A DNA stretch of 64,000 nt, from assembly GCA_013314775.1 (NCBI GenBank), contig JABUFB010000008.1:725036-789035 (forward strand). Reading direction: 5' to 3'. Made by a program: the position numbers and the translations under genes. The first letter of the stretch is position 1. Each line of letters opens with the position of its first letter. Source of the DNA: Armatimonadota bacterium (GTDB lineage: Bacteria > Armatimonadota > Zipacnadia > Zipacnadales > JABUFB01). This document shows, piece after piece, positions 63,171 through 64,000 of the stretch. The notes under the pieces were generated by a model. It was not told where the DNA came from. It saw nothing but the letters and a program-made list of their open reading frames with translations, and did not search any database.

Positions 63171-63625
63171 ACGTCGCTTTGGCCGGGTAGACAGCGTAGG
63201 AGCGGCGGCTGATTGACCGGACCGAGGTGACGGAGACGATGGCCGGGCACACTCGCGGGATATTGCGTATCTGGGGTGGAACACCGTTGGGGGCCGATTG
63301 TTTGTTTCTGCATTACCCAGTTATGAAAGACTGAGCCGAACTGCCTGCTGTGACGAGTAGGCCCGCATGCCGGGGCGGGAGACGGACGTTGCCGGCGGCC
63401 ACCTTCCGGCCGTTGATGAGCACGCCAAAGCAGGGCTACACGCGCCGCACTGCGCGCGGCGCCCGGAGAGAGCACGCTGAGTGGCCGCGCCATCCACATC
63501 GCGGCAGGTCACAATCGCGCCCTCTCGGGGTTTCGCCTCGCCGGCGCGAGCCACACGACACTCATCGCACCTTGCGCTCATCAGGCATTCCGCTGCGCTC
63601 GCGTTGAAAGGCGGTTGTTCCTCGA

Positions 63626-64000
63626 ATGGGAGCACCAACCCGTCTGCTGGTCATCGGTATCGACGGCGCCGACTTCATCCTGATGTCGGAATGGTTGGCG
63701 GGGGGGCACCTGCCGAACCTCGCGAAGCTTTGTGAATCCGGACGCCTCCTTCCTTGCAGTTCCACACACCCCCCTGTCACCGCGCCCGCCTGGACCACAG
63801 CATTCACCGGCTGCAATCCGGGCAAGCATGGGCTGTATGATTTCTGGGATTTCAGCTTTCCCAACCGGCGGCCATGGTGGACTGAGCCCAGACGGTGCCC
63901 CAGCCTGTGGCGCATCCTGTCGGAAGCAGGGCTTTCCTGCGGCCTGGTGAACCTGCCGATGAACTTCCCGGCCGAGGCGATCAATGGTGTGATCATCTCG
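63626..64000 (+). CDS. alkaline-phosphatase-superfamily phosphodiesterase/nucleotide pyrophosphatase-like protein (3'-partial, runs off the window)
   Basis: Not in the ORF track because no stop is reached. My own translation from ATG 63626 gives MGAPTRLLVIGIDGADFILMSEWLAGGHLPNLAKL...PPVTAPAWTTAFTGCNPGKHGLYDF, typical of COG3379-type AlkP-superfamily enzymes. The frame is open to position 64000. Confidence 0.75.
   Translation, partial: MGAPTRLLVIGIDGADFILMSEWLAGGHLPNLAKLCESGRLLPCSSTHPPVTAPAWTTAFTGCNPGKHGLYDFWDFSFPNRRPWWTEPRRCPSLWRILSEAGLSCGLVNLPMNFPAEAINGVIIS

Noticed and set aside
63321-63638. 105-aa minus-strand ORF upstream of the AlkP-superfamily gene
   Set aside because: Cys/Ala/Arg-skewed with no RBS. 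It overlaps the start of the well-supported plus-strand AlkP-superfamily gene.

Overview
GC-rich (about 60-65% by eye, not computed), densely coding bacterial chromosomal segment. I call about 52 protein genes and one tmRNA. Most starts have Shine-Dalgarno sequences, and many adjacent genes overlap by 4 nt at stop/start. Two genes carry a prepilin-type N-terminal methylation signal plus an H-X9-DG (DUF1559-type) motif and the ...[10 protein letters not shown] signature, which suggests an Armatimonadota/PVC-like lineage (inference only). Housekeeping genes (recJ, serA, surE, pyrG, pcrA, rph, rdgB, ssrA, tyrS, corA, csp) are interleaved with carbohydrate-active and unknown-function loci. I saw no integrase, transposase, CRISPR array, rRNA or tRNA. 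I did not find a convincing, complete new multi-gene system. The most unusual items are: (1) an orphan 1511-aa Wza/OPX-like export protein with 16 tandem SLBB-like units; (2) an acyl-CoA-ligase operon with two secreted M16 homologues that both lack HxxEH; (3) a YihY membrane domain fused to a MobA-like nucleotidyltransferase; (4) an orphan anSME/SPASM radical-SAM gene next to an orphan long-coiled-coil HlyD adaptor, bordered by an unexplained 685-bp intergenic region; (5) a large polytopic membrane protein, a sialidase-like secreted protein and a lipoprotein, the last behind a 23-bp AT-rich perfect palindrome over its promoter. Family assignments come from motif recognition by eye, not database searches. 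Start codons were chosen by RBS inspection and may be off by a few codons.
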